Source: Chiloscyllium plagiosum
Lineage: Eukaryota
Reading direction: 5' to 3'
Length of the DNA stretch: 39,755 bases
NCBI RefSeq assembly: GCF_004010195.1
Contig: NC_057717.1
Span: 105,231,927 to 105,271,681 of the forward strand
Each line of letters begins with the position of its first letter. The first letter of the stretch is position 1. Made by a program: the position numbers and the translations under genes. A model generated the notes under the pieces. That model had not been told where the DNA came from. It ran no database searches and was given only the letters and a program-made list of their open reading frames with translations. Below are positions 12,201-24,360 of the stretch, piece after piece.

Positions 12201-12555
12201 GGCCTGATGCAAAGGAAGTTGGTTGTGGCTTGTAGATCAATCATCTCAGCCTGAGTATATCATTACAGAGTAATTCCTAGGCCCAACCATCTTTAACTAC
12301 TTCATCACCTTCCTGCCATTATAAGGTCAGAAGTGGGGATGTTCAGCACCAATCATGATCCTCTGGCACTAAAGCAACCCATGTTCATAGGCAGCAAGAT
12401 CTGGACAACAACCTGGCTTTGGCTAATAAGGGGCAAGTAACATTGCCTGGCACTTGTGTGGCATGAATGACCATTTCCAAACAGACAGAATATCAGCATA
12501 TGTCCTGAATGTTCAATGGTATTATCATTGCTGAATCCCCCACTATCAACATCCT

Positions 12556-13608
12556 ATTTTTTTTTAATTCACTCGTGGAATGTGGGCATTGCTGGCTGGC
12601 CAGCATTTATTGCTCATTTCTAATTGCCCTTGACAAGGTTGTGGATAACTGCCTTCTTGAACCGCTGCAAGTCCACATCAATAAGTAGATCCAAAATGCC
12701 CTTAGGGAGGGAATTCCAGAATTTTGACTCAGCAACAGTAAAGGAAAGGCAATATATTTCCCTGTCAGGATGGTGAGTGGCTTGGAAGGGAACTTGAAGG
12801 TGATGGAGTATCTGTAGTCCTTATCCTTCTAGATGGAAGTGATTGTGAGTTTGAAAGGTGACGCCTAAGGATTTTTTGTGAATTTCTGCAGTACATCTTG
12901 TAAATAGCACACACTGCTATTATTGACTATCAGTGATCAAGGGAGTGGATGTGGTGCTGAATGAGTGAGATGCTTTGTCCTGGATTGTGTCAAGCTTCTT
13001 CAGTGTTATTGGAGCTGCACCCATATAGGCAAGTGGGGAGTATTCCATCACACTCCTGACTTGTGCCTTGTAGATGGTTGTTAGGCTTTCGTGAGTCAGA
13101 AGGTGAACTATTTGCTGCAGTATTTCTGCCCTCTGACCTGCTCTTATAGCCACTGTATCTATATGGGGAGTCTAGCTGAGTTTTGAGTCAACAGTAATCC
13201 CAAGGTGGTGGATTCAGTGATGGTAACACCACTGAATATCAAGGGGGTGATGGTTATATTATCTCTTATTGGTGATGGTCATTGCATGGCATTTGAGTAG
13301 CATGAGTGTTACTTGCCACTTGTCAGGCCAAGTCTGTTTGTTGTCTAGATCTTGTTGCATTTGAACATGGGCTGCTTCAGTATCTGAGGAATCTCAAACA
13401 ATGCTGGAGATTGTGAAATCGGCAAACATCCCTATTTCTGACTTTGTGACAGAGAGAAGATCATTGATGAAGCAGCTGAAAAAGGTTGGGCCTAGAATGA
13501 TATCTTGAGGAACTCCTGCAGAGAGGTCCTGGAGCTGAGATGACTGGCATTGACATCTTCCTATGTGCCAGGTATGATTCCAATCAGTGGAGAGTTTGCC
13601 CCTGATTC
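12556..13608 (-). mobile_element. CR1-clade LINE family B 3' portion, inserted antisense into a same-family copy
   Basis: ORF 13394-13855 SAGVPQDIILGPTFFSCFINDL..MFAD; ORF 12920-13153 IYKAQVRSVMEYSPLA; T-run (poly-A tail) at ~12557. Confidence 0.85.
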
Positions 13609-14185
13609 CTGTTACCAATAACAAAACACTGAACAATACTATGAACAATACAAGAGCAAGCCAAAGATAGGAATTCCATGGAAAGTAACTCATTTCCTGT
13701 TTTCCTAGTATCTGTTCACCATCTATAAGGCATAAATCAGGAGTGAGATAGAATACTCTCTCATTGCTTAGACGAGTGGAGCTCCAATGAAACTTCTGTA
13801 GGAATCCAGGATAAAGAAGCCCCCTTGAATGGCATCCTATCCACCAGTTCAACATTCACTCCCCTCAACACCGATGCAGAAGTGTGCACCATTTATAAGA
13901 TACACTGCATTAACTCACCATGGCTTTTTTGACATAATCTTCCAAAATCCAACCTTTACCACCTAGAAGCTTAAGGGCAGCAGATGTTTGAGAACACCAA
14001 TATTTGAAAATTCTCCTCCAAGTCACACACCACTCTGACTTGGAACTTATCATAATTCCTTCACTGTTGCTGTATTAAAATCCTGGAACTCCCTTCCTAA
14101 CAGTACTGTAGGTGTACTAACACCCAGGGATTGAAGCAGGTCAAGATAACAAATAATTACCACTTTTTCAACAGTAATTAGGGAT

Positions 14186-14398
14186 AGAGATGGAAATGTG
14201 TTGCTGGAGAAGCGCAGCAGGTCAGGCAGCATCTAGGGAACAGGAGAATCGACGTTTCGGGCATTAGCCCTTCTTCAGGAATTCTAATGCCCGAAACGTC
14301 GATTCTCCTGTTCCCTAGATGCTGCCTGACCTGCTGCGCTTCTCCAGCAACACATTTCCATCTCTGATCTCCAGCATCTGCAGACCTCATTTTCTCTT
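14186..14398. mobile_element. Non-coding mini-PLE with a perfect inverted duplication (82-bp arms, 16-nt loop)
   Basis: 14186-14267 is the exact reverse complement of 14284-14365; same family as the terminus at 6049-6176; 16-bp TSD cagtaattagggatag at 14172-14187 and 14399-14414. Confidence 0.92.
14247..14283 (-). ncRNA. Minimal hammerhead ribozyme motif
   Basis: Minus strand aauuc-CUGAAGA-a-GGGC-uaau-GCCC-GAAAC-GUC-gauu. Confidence 0.78.
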
Positions 14399-14839
14399 CA
14401 GTAATTAGGGATAGGCAATAAATGCTAATGCAGCCCACAATGGCCACATCCCATGAACAAAGAGAAAAATTATATTTAGAGACATCAGTTATCAATTGGA
14501 GAAAAACTCTCAAAAGAAAATCAAGTTTTGCTTTTTGATTATGTTTTAGCTTATTTCGTTCCTCCAGTGGTCTTCTGGGCCACACATCCCTCTGGGGTAT
14601 GAAAAGGCAATTATGCTGCTTCCAGGTTTCTCCCTGGACTTTGAGTCATGTAACATGCGTAATTCAGTAACAGCCACCGATGCAAGAAGACTTCTGGCCT
14701 CAAATCTCTGCCTCCCAATAGACATCTGCAATACTATAACTAGCTCAGCAAAGGTAGGGAGGCTAATTTCTATGAATCTATTGTGCACCTTCAAAAACCT
14801 TATTCACACAGTTTAGAATGGAAGCTCAAATTTTGAAGA

Positions 14840-15055
14840 GAAGAATGGTAATCAGCCCAGTCTGCTTCTGCTAACTCTTTGAAAAAGATCAATCCAATTT
14901 AGTCCAATGCCCCATTTTTTTTTCTCAATAGTCACGTAAAATTCGTCCTCATCAACACTTATCCAACTGCCATTTAAAATTTCTTATGGTATCTAATACC
15001 ACTATTCTTTCAGGTAGTGCAGTCCAGATCCTAACAATTCTTTGTGTAAGGAATG
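14840..15055 (-). mobile_element. Old CR1 3'-end fragment
   Basis: Minus strand LTQRIVRIWTALPERIV...FKWQLDK, typical of the CR1 ORF2 C-terminus, followed by 3' UTR. Confidence 0.55.
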
Positions 15056-15424
15056 TTCATAAAGAGTCATCATTATGGGTTTCAAATAGGTCAATTGTGG
15101 CTCCACTGACAGGTTCAGCCAAATGTGCCAGAAAAGTTACCATTTATATAATCCTCGATTTTAGTCAAAAGGAGTTAGCAAGCTACTATTCAATACAGGG
15201 AGGGCTCCAACAAAGTAAAGGCCTATTATATTTGCTGTATTTTTGAGAATTCAACAAAATGCATCAAGATTCTACAGCTAGCCAGAGTAATAATGGGAAA
15301 CTGAAGCCACCAACATTAAGGAAAAGAGATCAAAAAGAATGGAAAAATTAAAAACATGCCTTATTAATAATAAAAAGCAACAAAAAAAAAATTGTACTAA
15401 TAATCAATGTTAAGGAGGCTTATG

Positions 15425-18400
15425 TGTTGATGAGGCAGTAAGAGGGGGAGATGTGGCCTTGTTAGTCAAGGATAGTATAACGGTGGCTGAGAGAACTTTT
15501 GAGGACTCACCTACTGAGGTGGTGTGGGCTGTGGTTAGAAACAGAAGAGGAGAGGTCACATTGCTTGGAGTTTTTTATAGGCCTCTGCAGAGTTCCAGGG
15601 AAGTGGAAGAGAGGATTGGCAAAATTATTCTGGGTAGGAGTGAAAGAAACAGGGTGGCCATTATGGGGGACTTTAATTTCTCTAACATTGACTGGAAATG
15701 CTATAAATCTAGTACGTCGGATGGATCAGTTTCTGTCCAATGTGTACAGGAGGGTTTCCTGACACAGTACGTCAAAGAGCCGACAAGAGGAGAGGCCACA
15801 CTGGATCTGGTGCTTGGTAATGAACCAGGCCTGTTGTTTGATTTAGTTGTAGATTAGCTCTTTGGAGAGAGTAACCATAATTCAGGTACGTTTAGTTTAG
15901 TGATGGAAAGGGATAGGTACATGCCACAGGGCAAGAATTATCGATGGGGCAAGGGCAATTATAATGTGATTCGGCAAGAATTAGGATGCATAGAATGAGG
16001 TAGCAAAATGCAGGGGATGCAGACAATGGAAATATGGAGCTGGTTTAAGGAACAGATATTGCGTGTCCTTGATAGGTATGTCCCTGTCAGGCAGGGAGGA
16101 AGTGATAAGGTAAGGGAACCATGGTTTACGACAGAAATTGCATCTCTTGTTAAGCAGAAGAAGGAGGCTTATGTGCTGATGAGGCAAGATGGTTCAGATG
16201 AGATGATGGAGAGTTACAGGTCAGCTAGGAAGGATTTAAAGAGAGAGTTAAGAAGAGCAAAGAGAGGACACGAGCAGTCTTTAGCAAATAGAATAAAGGA
16301 GAACCTTAAAGCTTTCTATAGATATGTGAGGGATAAAAGGATGACTAGGGTAGGAATAGGGCCAGTCAAAGACAGAAGTGGGAAGTTGAGTGTGGACCCT
16401 GTGGAGATAGGAGAGGTACTAAATGAACATTGCTCATTGGTTTTCACTCAGGAAAGGGAGAATACTATAGAGGAAAAGAATGAGGTACGAGATATTAGAC
16501 TAGAGAGGATCGAGGTTAGTTAAGAACAGGTGTTATCAATTCTAGAAAGAGTGAAAGTAGACAAGTCCCTGGGCCAGATGGGATTTATCTGAGGATTCTC
16601 TGGGAAGCTAGGGAGGAGATAGCAGAGCCTTTGGCTTTGATATTTGAGTCATCATTGTCTATAGGCTTAGTGCCAGAGGACTGGTGGGTTGCAAATGTTG
16701 TGCCCTTTTTCAAGAAGGGCAGTAGAGATGACCCAGGTAATTATAGACCAGTGAGCCTTACGTCTGTTGTAGGAAAGGTTTTGGAAAGGATTATAAGAGA
16801 TAAGATTTATAATCATCTAGCAAGCAACAATTTGATTTCAGATAGTCAACATGGTTTCATCAAGGGCAGGTCGCACCTCACCAATCTCATTGAGTTTTTT
16901 TGAGAAGGTGACCAACCATGTAGATGAGGATAGGGCAGTTGACATGGTATACATGGACTTCAGTAAAGCCTTTGATAATGTTCCACATGGTAGGCTGTTG
17001 GAGAAAATACAGTGGCATGGAATTTAGTAGTTTAGTAGATTGGCTTTCTGAAAGAAGGCAGAAAGTGGTGGTTGATGGAAAATATTCAGTCTGGAGTCCG
17101 GTTACTAGTGGTGTGCCACAAGGATCTGTTTTGGGACCACTGCTGTTTGTCATTTTTATAAATGACTTAGACACAGGCATAGGTGAATGGATTAGTAAAT
17201 TTGCAGACGACACTAGAGTTGGTGGAGTAGTGGACAGTTTGGAAGAATGTTACAGGTTGCAGGGGGACTGGGATAAACTGCAGAGTTGGGCTGAGAGGTG
17301 GCAAATGGAGTTCAATGCAGCTAAATGTGAGGTGATGCACTTTGGGAAGAATAACAGGAAGGCAGAGTACTGGGTCAATGGAAAGATTCTTGATAGTGTG
17401 AATGTGCAGAGGGATCTTGGAGTCCATGTACATAGATCCCTGAAAGTTGCCACCCAGGTTGATAGTGCTATTAAGAAGGCATACGGTGTGTTAGGTTTCA
17501 TTTGTAAAGGGATTGAGTACTGGAGCCGCAATATCATGAAAGCAAGCATGCAGGTCAGGTACAGCAGGCAGTGAAGAAAGCTAATAGCATGCTGGCCTTC
17601 ATAACAAGAGGAATTGCATATAGAAGCAAAGAGGTTCTTCTGCAGCTGTACAGGACCCTGGTGAGACCACACCTGGAATATTTTGTGAAGTTTTGGTCTC
17701 CAAATTTGAGGAAAGACATTCTGGCCATTGAGGGAGTGCAGCGTAGGTTCACGAGGTCAATTCCCGGAATGGTGGGACTTTCTTACGTTGAAAGATTGGA
17801 GCGACTGGGCTTGTAGACCCTTGAGTTTAGAAGGCTGAGAGGGGATCTGATTGAGACGTATAAGATTATTAAAGGATTGGACACTCTGGAGGCAGGAAGC
17901 ATGTTTCCACTGATGGGTGAGTCCCGAACCAGAGGACACAGTTTAAAAATAAGGAGTAGGCCATTTAGAACAGAGTTGAGGAGAAACTTCTTCACCCAGA
18001 GAGTGGTGGGTGTGTGGAATGCTCTGCCCAGAAGGCTGTGGAGGCCACGTCTCTGGATACTTTCAAGAAAGAGTTGGATAGAGCTCTTAAGGATAGTGGA
18101 ATCAAGAGTTATGGGGATAAGGCAGGAACAGGAACTGATTGAGGATGATCAGCCATGATCATAATGAATGGTGGTGTTGGCTCGAAGTACAGAATGGCCT
18201 ACTCCTGCACCTATTGTCTATCATGCTGCAACTATACAAAACGCTAGTGCGGCCACAATTGGAATATTGTGTACAGTTCTGGTCACCCCATTTCAGGTAG
18301 GATGTGGAAGCATTGGAAAAGGTGCAGAGGAGATTTACCAGGATGTTGCCTGGACTGGAGGGAATGTCTTATGAGGAAAGGCTGAGAGACTTGGGTCTGT

Positions 18401-18782
18401 TCTCATTGGAAAGAAGAAGGCTAAGAGGGGTATTGATAGAGACATACAAGATGATCAGAGGATTAGATAGAGTCGACAGTAAAAGTCTTTTTCCGAGGAT
18501 GACAACATCAGCTTGTACGAGGGGCATTAACTACAAATTGAGGGGTGATCGATTTAAGACAGACATCAGAGACAGGTTCTTTACACAGAGAGTGGTAAGG
18601 GCGTGGAATGCCCTACCTGCTAATGTAGTCAACTCAGCCACATTAGGGAGATTTAAACAATCCTTAGATGGTTGATGATGGGATAGTGTAGGGAGACGAG
18701 CTGAGAATAGTTCACTGGTCAGCGCAACATCGCTGGCCGAAGGACCTGCTGTGCGCTGTATTGTTCTATGTTCTATATTCTA
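15425..18782 (+). mobile_element. CR1 (HER1-like) LINE, ORF2 nearly complete but with stops and frameshifts
   Basis: Endonuclease GVFYRP, MGDFNF, EPTRGEATLDLVL; RT NYRPVSLTSVVGK, SGVPQGSVLGP, KFADDT; 3' tail (gttctat)n at ~18762-18782. Confidence 0.93.
17539..18218 (+). mobile_element. CR1 3' fragment of another subfamily nested in the CR1 above
   Basis: 7-bp TSD tatcatg at 17532-17538 and 18219-18225; removing it rejoins YWSRNIM|LQLYKTLVRPQLEYC; carries its own 3' UTR. Confidence 0.85.
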
Positions 18783-18795
18783 ATCATCACTAATC

Positions 18796-19271
18796 AAGGA
18801 TGTTGCGAAACATGAAAGTGTTCAGAAAAGATTTACAAGGATGTTGTCAAGGTTGGAGGATTTGAGCTATAAGGAGAGGTTGAATAGGCTGGGATTGTTT
18901 TTCCTGGAGCGTTAGAGGCTGAGGGATGACCTTATAGAGGTTCATAAAATCATGAAGAGGTTGGAAAGGGGGTGGGCGAGTCCCGAACTAGAGGGTATAG
19001 ATTTAGGGTGAGAGGGGAAAGATATAAAAGAGACCTAAGGGGCAACTTTTTCATGCAGTGGCTGGTGCGCGTATGAAATGAGCTGCCAGAGGAAGTGGTG
19101 GAGATTGGTACAATTACAATATTATTTAAAAGGCATCTGGATGGGTATATGAATAGGAAGAGATATGGGCCAGGTGCTGGCAAGTGGGACTAGATTAGAT
19201 TTGGATATGTGGTCGGCATGGACAAGTTGGACTGAAGGATCTGTTTTCATGTACATCTCTATGACTCTATG
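18796..19271 (+). mobile_element. CR1 (HER1-like) 3' fragment
   Basis: VQKRFTRML..LEDLSYKERLNRLGLF; tail ctctatgactctatg. Confidence 0.85.
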
Positions 19272-19572
19272 CCTCTAATAATGGTTGATGGACATTCAGT
19301 TCTTTGCTGAATAAACTATGCCAAAGGTATATGAGCACCATCTATTGGCAGCAATGTGTTTAAACATCAGAAAAACATTCTGAACTTTCCTGTGAGCTCA
19401 AGTAAGATATAAAAAAACTCTAACCTTGCAATTATCTTTTTAAATGTGGTATAATAAAGTTTTGGTTCCAATGGTTGGCATCAAGCATGTAGAAATTATA
19501 ATGTTTTGCAAGGAATTTCAGTGCCTTTGACACTGAAAATATTGGACTTCTTCAAGGACAATTTACTTTATT

Positions 19573-19640
19573 TGGAAACTAGTGCTTCCAAATAAACCTG
19601 GTGTTGTGTGATTTTAACTTTGTCCACCCCAGTCCAATAC
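19573..19640 (+). mobile_element. PLE terminal-repeat fragment (same family as 2991-3110)
   Basis: ctagtgcttccaaataaacctggtgttgtgtgattttaactttgtccaccccagtccaa is a near reverse complement of 3008-3085, with an internal deletion. Confidence 0.75.
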
Positions 19641-20429
19641 CTGCACCTCCGAGTCATGATTTTCAAATAATGTCAGATTTACAGGGATATCTTGCAAATA
19701 CTGGCACAGTTATTGACATGCAACTAGACACTTTATATCTTAGCTTTCAAATAACAGTATTTACTATCCAAAAGAAAAAAAAGTCTCAAAACAGATGTCC
19801 ACAAATTCCAAGAGTTGGGGTTCAGTGACAAACAGCAGCCCTTACAAGTTAGGCAACATAGGCAACAGCACCAGCATATAAAGTGAGCAGCAGATAGCAG
19901 TGACATTTTCAGTCCATTTATAAAGTCAACTGAGGAGTCATGTCAAGTGAGTGTGAAGAAAAGCCAAAGAATAAAGGAGCAACTTGATGGATTACTGTCA
20001 AATGTGGCATTGGATAGTAACCAGAATATCAATTATTGCCATTTTATGGTGATTACAAATAAATAAAATACATAGTCTGGATAAATGACATTCAAAGCCT
20101 ACAGAAACCATAACTGATAAGGCCATGAAAAGTCTCTGGGAAGCCATTAATAGCAAAACCATTCCTTTTATTCAATGTACAATTTGGCCCAGAATTTGCT
20201 GAGTACACAATCCTGACATGAGGGGTGCAACATGTCAATCAGTACAATGAACTTAATTTCATTTCAGTTTCCTTGTTGTTCTCAGGTATTCAATTAATAC
20301 AGAAGTAATGCTGCACAGACTCAACAGGCAGACCTCATCAATATCCCATTTTTAAATCGAAGTGTCACATTTTTGAAAGTTAAGTTTAATCTGAATCTGA
20401 AGTGACTTTGATGGATTTTAAGATTTCCT

Positions 20430-20576
20430 TCGGGGACTTGGATTTCACTGGCTGGGCCAGTATTTGTTACCCATCTCTAGTTGCCATTGAGAAGGAAGTG
20501 ATGAGCATCATTCTTGAATTGTTGCAGACAAATAGTGCAAGTACATCCACAATGCTATCAGGCAGGCAATTCCAGT
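20430..20576 (-). mobile_element. CR1 family B 3' UTR fragment
   Basis: ggctgggccagtatttgttacccatctctagttgccattgagaagg parallels 12594-12640. Confidence 0.65.
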
Positions 20577-20577
20577 G

Positions 20578-20715
20578 AAAAGCAAACAATGAACTACAGA
20601 TATTGGAAATCAGAAAGAAAACAGAAATTGCTGAAAAATCTCAGCAGCTCTGGCAGCACCTGTAGAGGGAAAGCAAGTTAATGTTTTGGGTCCAGTGACT
20701 TCTTCAGAACAGTTC
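20578..20715 (-). mobile_element. Short PLE-terminus element with a decayed hammerhead
   Basis: Similar to 5865-5997; minus strand CUGAAGA-agucacuggaccc-AAAAC-AUU (GAAA mutated). Confidence 0.6.
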
Positions 20716-22140
20716 GTCTTAGCGCCATCCACAAACTTTCGCACTACACGTAGTCCCCAACTCCAAATCATCTATGTAAATTGTAAACAATTGCGGTCCC
20801 AAAAATATTGAGCAATTGTAAACAATTGCGGCACAATATTAGTCACAGATCGACAACCAGAAAAGTACTGATTTATCCCCACTGTTTGCTTCCTGGTGGT
20901 TAACCAATATATTGACAGTAATACCGTGCACCTTTATCTTATGCAGCAACCTTTTGTGCGGCACCTTGTCAAATGTTTTTGGAAGTCTAAATACACCACA
21001 TCTATTGGGTCCTTGTTGTCCACCATGCTCATAATGTCTTCATAGAATTCCAGTAAATTAGTGAAACATGCCCTACATGAACTCATGCTGTGTCTACCCA
21101 ATGGGGACAATTTCTATCTAGATGTCTTGCTATTTCTTCCTTGATGATAGATTCAAGCATTTTCTCCACTCCAGAAGTTAAGCTAACTGACCTATAATTT
21201 CCCCATCTTTTGTCTACCTCCTTTGTTAAACTGTGGTGCCACATTTGCTGTTTTCCAATATGCTGGAACTGCCCCAGAGTCCAACGGATTTTGGAAAATT
21301 GTCACAAGCGCATTTGCTATTTCACCCACCATCTCTTTTATTACCCTGGGATGCACTCCATCAGGGCCAGGAAACTTGTCTACTTTTAGCTCGATTAGCT
21401 TGCCCAACACTACCTCTTTTGTGATAATGATCATTTCTAGGTCCTCACCTACCTTAGTCTCCTTGTCAATTACTGGCATTTTATTCATATCCTCCACTGT
21501 GAAAACCGACCCAAAACACCTGTTCAATGCCATTTCCTCATTGCCCATTATTAGAACTCCCTTCTTGTCCTCTAAAGGTACAATGATTACTTTAGCCACT
21601 CTTTTATTTTATATATTTGTAGAAACCTTTGCTATCTATCTTTTTATTCTGAGAAAGTTTACTCTCATAGTCTATCTTACTTTTTTAATAGCTTTCTGTT
21701 GAACTTTTGAGTTTTCCCAATCTTCTAGTTTCCCAATGGTCTTTACTACTTTGTATGTCTAATCTTTTAATTTGATAGCCTCCCTTATTTCCTTAGACAT
21801 TTATGGCTGATTATCCTTTTTCCTGAGTCCTTCTTTTCACTGGTCTATACTTTTGCTGAACACTTTGAAAAATTGCTTTGAAAGTTCTCCACTATTTCCT
21901 CAACTGTCCCACCATAAAGTCTTTGCTTCCAGCCTACTTTAGCCAACTATTATTGTCCTGGATTCTATTGTAGTCTCCTTTGTTTACACATTGGACTCTG
22001 GTATTGGACTTTATCTTCTCACTTTCCATCTGTATTCTAAATTCAACCATATAGTGATCGCTCCTTCCAAGAGGATCCCTAACTATGAGATCATTACTTA
22101 TTCCTGTCTCATTACACAGGACTAGATCTAAGGTAGTTAA
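20716..22140 (-). mobile_element. CR1 LINE internal fragment (endonuclease end to RT)
   Basis: LDLVLCNETG..DPLGRSDH (21934-22167); KFPGPDGVHPRVIKE..WKTANVAP (21192-21599); KFVDGAK (FADDTK-like) near 20720-20740. Confidence 0.85.
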
Positions 22141-22169
22141 CCAAAACTCTTCAAAGTTTACATTCACAG

Positions 22170-22325
22170 GTACGGCAAGCCTAAGAATTAGGAAGGGGGC
22201 AAATTGGAGCCGAGGTGGAAGGACCCATTCCTAGTCTGGCTGGTCACCCACATAGCAGTCAAGGTCAAGGGGAGGCCACATGGACGCACAGGATGCAGTG
22301 CAAGAGAGCACAACCCCAAGTAGAA
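22170..22325 (+). mobile_element. Endogenous retrovirus integrase C-terminal (GPY/F) fragment A
   Basis: KLEPRWK.PFLV.LVT..AVKVKGRP.W.H...CKRA across frameshifts. Confidence 0.7.
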
Positions 22326-22428
22326 AATCTATTGATTCCTGCTGCATTACTTGCAAAACTCATGACTGCAGATGTCCCCAATTGATTGTTCTTGCAGTTA
22401 TTATATTGTTTTTATTTGTTTTTTTCTG

Positions 22429-23158
22429 ATGCTGCTCTTATTTGTCTGGGGTCCTCGGTATAACCTGGTGACCTCTACTAAGAAAGAACTACATTTTAAT
22501 ACCTTCCTTTACATGGCATAGCTTTATGCACAGAAGGTCAGCCACTCTGGTTGCTGGGTTTGTGAGCACATTCTATACGTGGAATTCACTTAAGGGCAGT
22601 TCCTTTTAGTGAACCTGACACTGCTGAATGGTGGCTGCATCAACGTCATTCTGCTGCTGTCACAACTTTTCGTAACCCTGCTGCCTTCCTAGAAATGATA
22701 GGTGCCCCTTCCACTTATGGGAACAACACCCAGCTACGATGCCATTCAGCGGGATATAGGATGGACATCTTTGAGGGATGGTTCCAGCCTCACTATACTC
22801 TATCCTGTGTTCCTCGTTAATGTAATGACCATGACTACACCTCTAGCAAGTATTTGCATTAAAAGTAAACACCCTTTGGGTTGGCGAGCTGGGTTCAGTA
22901 AATGCCTTCACTCCATCCTCCTCTCAACATCTGATTTCCAATCCACTATGGATGGCAGCATACTTATTCTCACTGTTCCCAACAGGAGTGCCATTAATTT
23001 CTCTTTTACAACCTCTTGGATTGGTATCCAACGTGATCATTTGTTAGCTTTCAATGGCAATTAATTCAATTGTGGCCAGAAGACATACCCCTGGCTGCCT
23101 GCCTCCTGGACTGGCAGCTGCTTTCTAGGGTATGTTGCCCCTTTCCTTTACCACTCCG
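22429..23158 (+). pseudogene. Retroviral gamma-type env SU fragment
   Basis: MLLLFVWG...NTFLYMA*LYAQKVSHSGCWVC (CxxC at 22552-22563, in frame with the ATG); later AFNGN*FNCGQKTYPWLPASWTGSCFLGYV; acceptor-like ttgttcttgcag at ~22386-22397. Confidence 0.75.
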
Positions 23159-23160
23159 CT

Positions 23161-24160
23161 GGTCAAATTTTTATGTCCGATGCTCTTGCCTCATGGGTCA
23201 TTGACTGTTTGCATAATGCTACTCATTGTGGTGCTCATTCAACATTTGACCTCCTCTTGACTACCTGATGGCACCCTCGCCCCCAGCAGATGGCCCAGAG
23301 TGTCAGTACTCGATGGCTCATCTGCCAAGAACACAACTCAGGCGAGGGTGTGCCTTGCGCGATGGGGTATACACCCCTTCCTGAAGAGCCCTTCCAGACC
23401 CTTCAGCTTCACTTTATTGAGTTGCAATGGTGTCAACATGATAAGAATGTTCTGGTTATTGTTGATGTTTTTTTCTAAATGGGTTGAAGCTTACCCTACT
23501 TCTAATGCTACTACCAAGACAGTTGAAAATATTTTGCTCAAAGAAATTATTCCCGTTTTGGTATTCCCTTTTGCCTGTCCTCTGACAATGGCCCTCCACT
23601 TTATTGGGGATATCAATGATGAAATATGCTATCATTTTGGGGTCTGCCGCTAACTTCATTGTGCTTATCGCCCTTAGGCTGCAGGGCTCGTGGAGTGTTG
23701 TAACCAGACTTTGAAAACTAAACTTGCAAAATTGACTTCTGAGACCGGTCTCTCCTGGGTTCAGTTGTTGCCTCTGGTATTGTTCCAACTGTGTTGCACT
23801 CCCGCGGGAAAAACTCGTTTGTCCCCAGCCAAAATCGAGCTTTCCACATGCCCTGAAATGATGTCTCTTCCCCTATTCATTTCCACCACATGACTGAGGA
23901 CATGTCCTCCTATATTCTTTCTTTGACTAAAATTTTGCGAGGTCTTCACTCCTAGTTCTGTGCTGCTCAGGAGAAGCTCCCCTCCCTCAACAGTGTTCCA
24001 GCTGTTGAACCCGGCTCTTTCGTTCTCATCAAGAATTGGACACGTCGCGGCCTCCAACCTTGATGGAGGGGCCGTTCCAGGTTCTCCTCACCACTCCTAG
24101 TGCTGTTAAGGTTGCTGGGCACACTGCCTGGGTTCATCTCCATCGTTACAAGGTCATCGG
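23161..24160 (+). pseudogene. Endogenous retrovirus integrase B (class I, gamma/epsilon-like), frameshifted
   Basis: LHNATHCG...WLICQEHN (HHCC zinc finger); PFQTLQLHFIEL, VIVDVFSKWVEAYP, KEIIP.FG.P..LSSDNG (DDE core); VECCNQTLKTKLAK; EGPFQVLLTTPSAVKV...WVH. Confidence 0.88.
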
Positions 24161-24360
24161 TCGAGGCCCTTGCAAGGGGGAAGATGATGGAGATGGAGAC
24201 GATGGGGAACTAGGAGAGGAACCGGAATCAGTTGGTAACAAACCAGACTCTTAAGATACAACTGCGTGGTTTGAACAGTAATTCTTCTTCTGTTTTAGAT
24301 ATCCTAATCCCTGACACTATGATGAAGATCTTAACCCCCGTCAGTTCCATGATCAGTCAA

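Larger units (their letters stand above)
10541..14465 (+). mobile_element. CR1-clade LINE family B, near full length and degenerate, with a tRNA-like 5' head; interrupted twice
   Basis: A box tggcttagtgg (10551-10561) and B box ggttcaaattcc (10605-10616); endonuclease start LVPKL..LSH.L.KQQ.D.VILTE near 10945; RT remnants ~11700-12555; resumes ~13610; 3' tail gggataggcaataaatgct...cacatcccatgaac. Confidence 0.75.

Noticed and set aside
14178..14585. 135-aa ORF and recurring MLPDLLRFSS peptides
   Set aside because: Chance translations of the non-coding PLE terminal repeat, which recurs at 5854, 14050 and 29974.
24160..24254. Acidic tail GEDDGDGDDGELGEEPES as an integrase extension
   Set aside because: Lies past the apparent junction after the integrase end; more likely the antisense reading of an unrelated Ser/Pro-rich segment.
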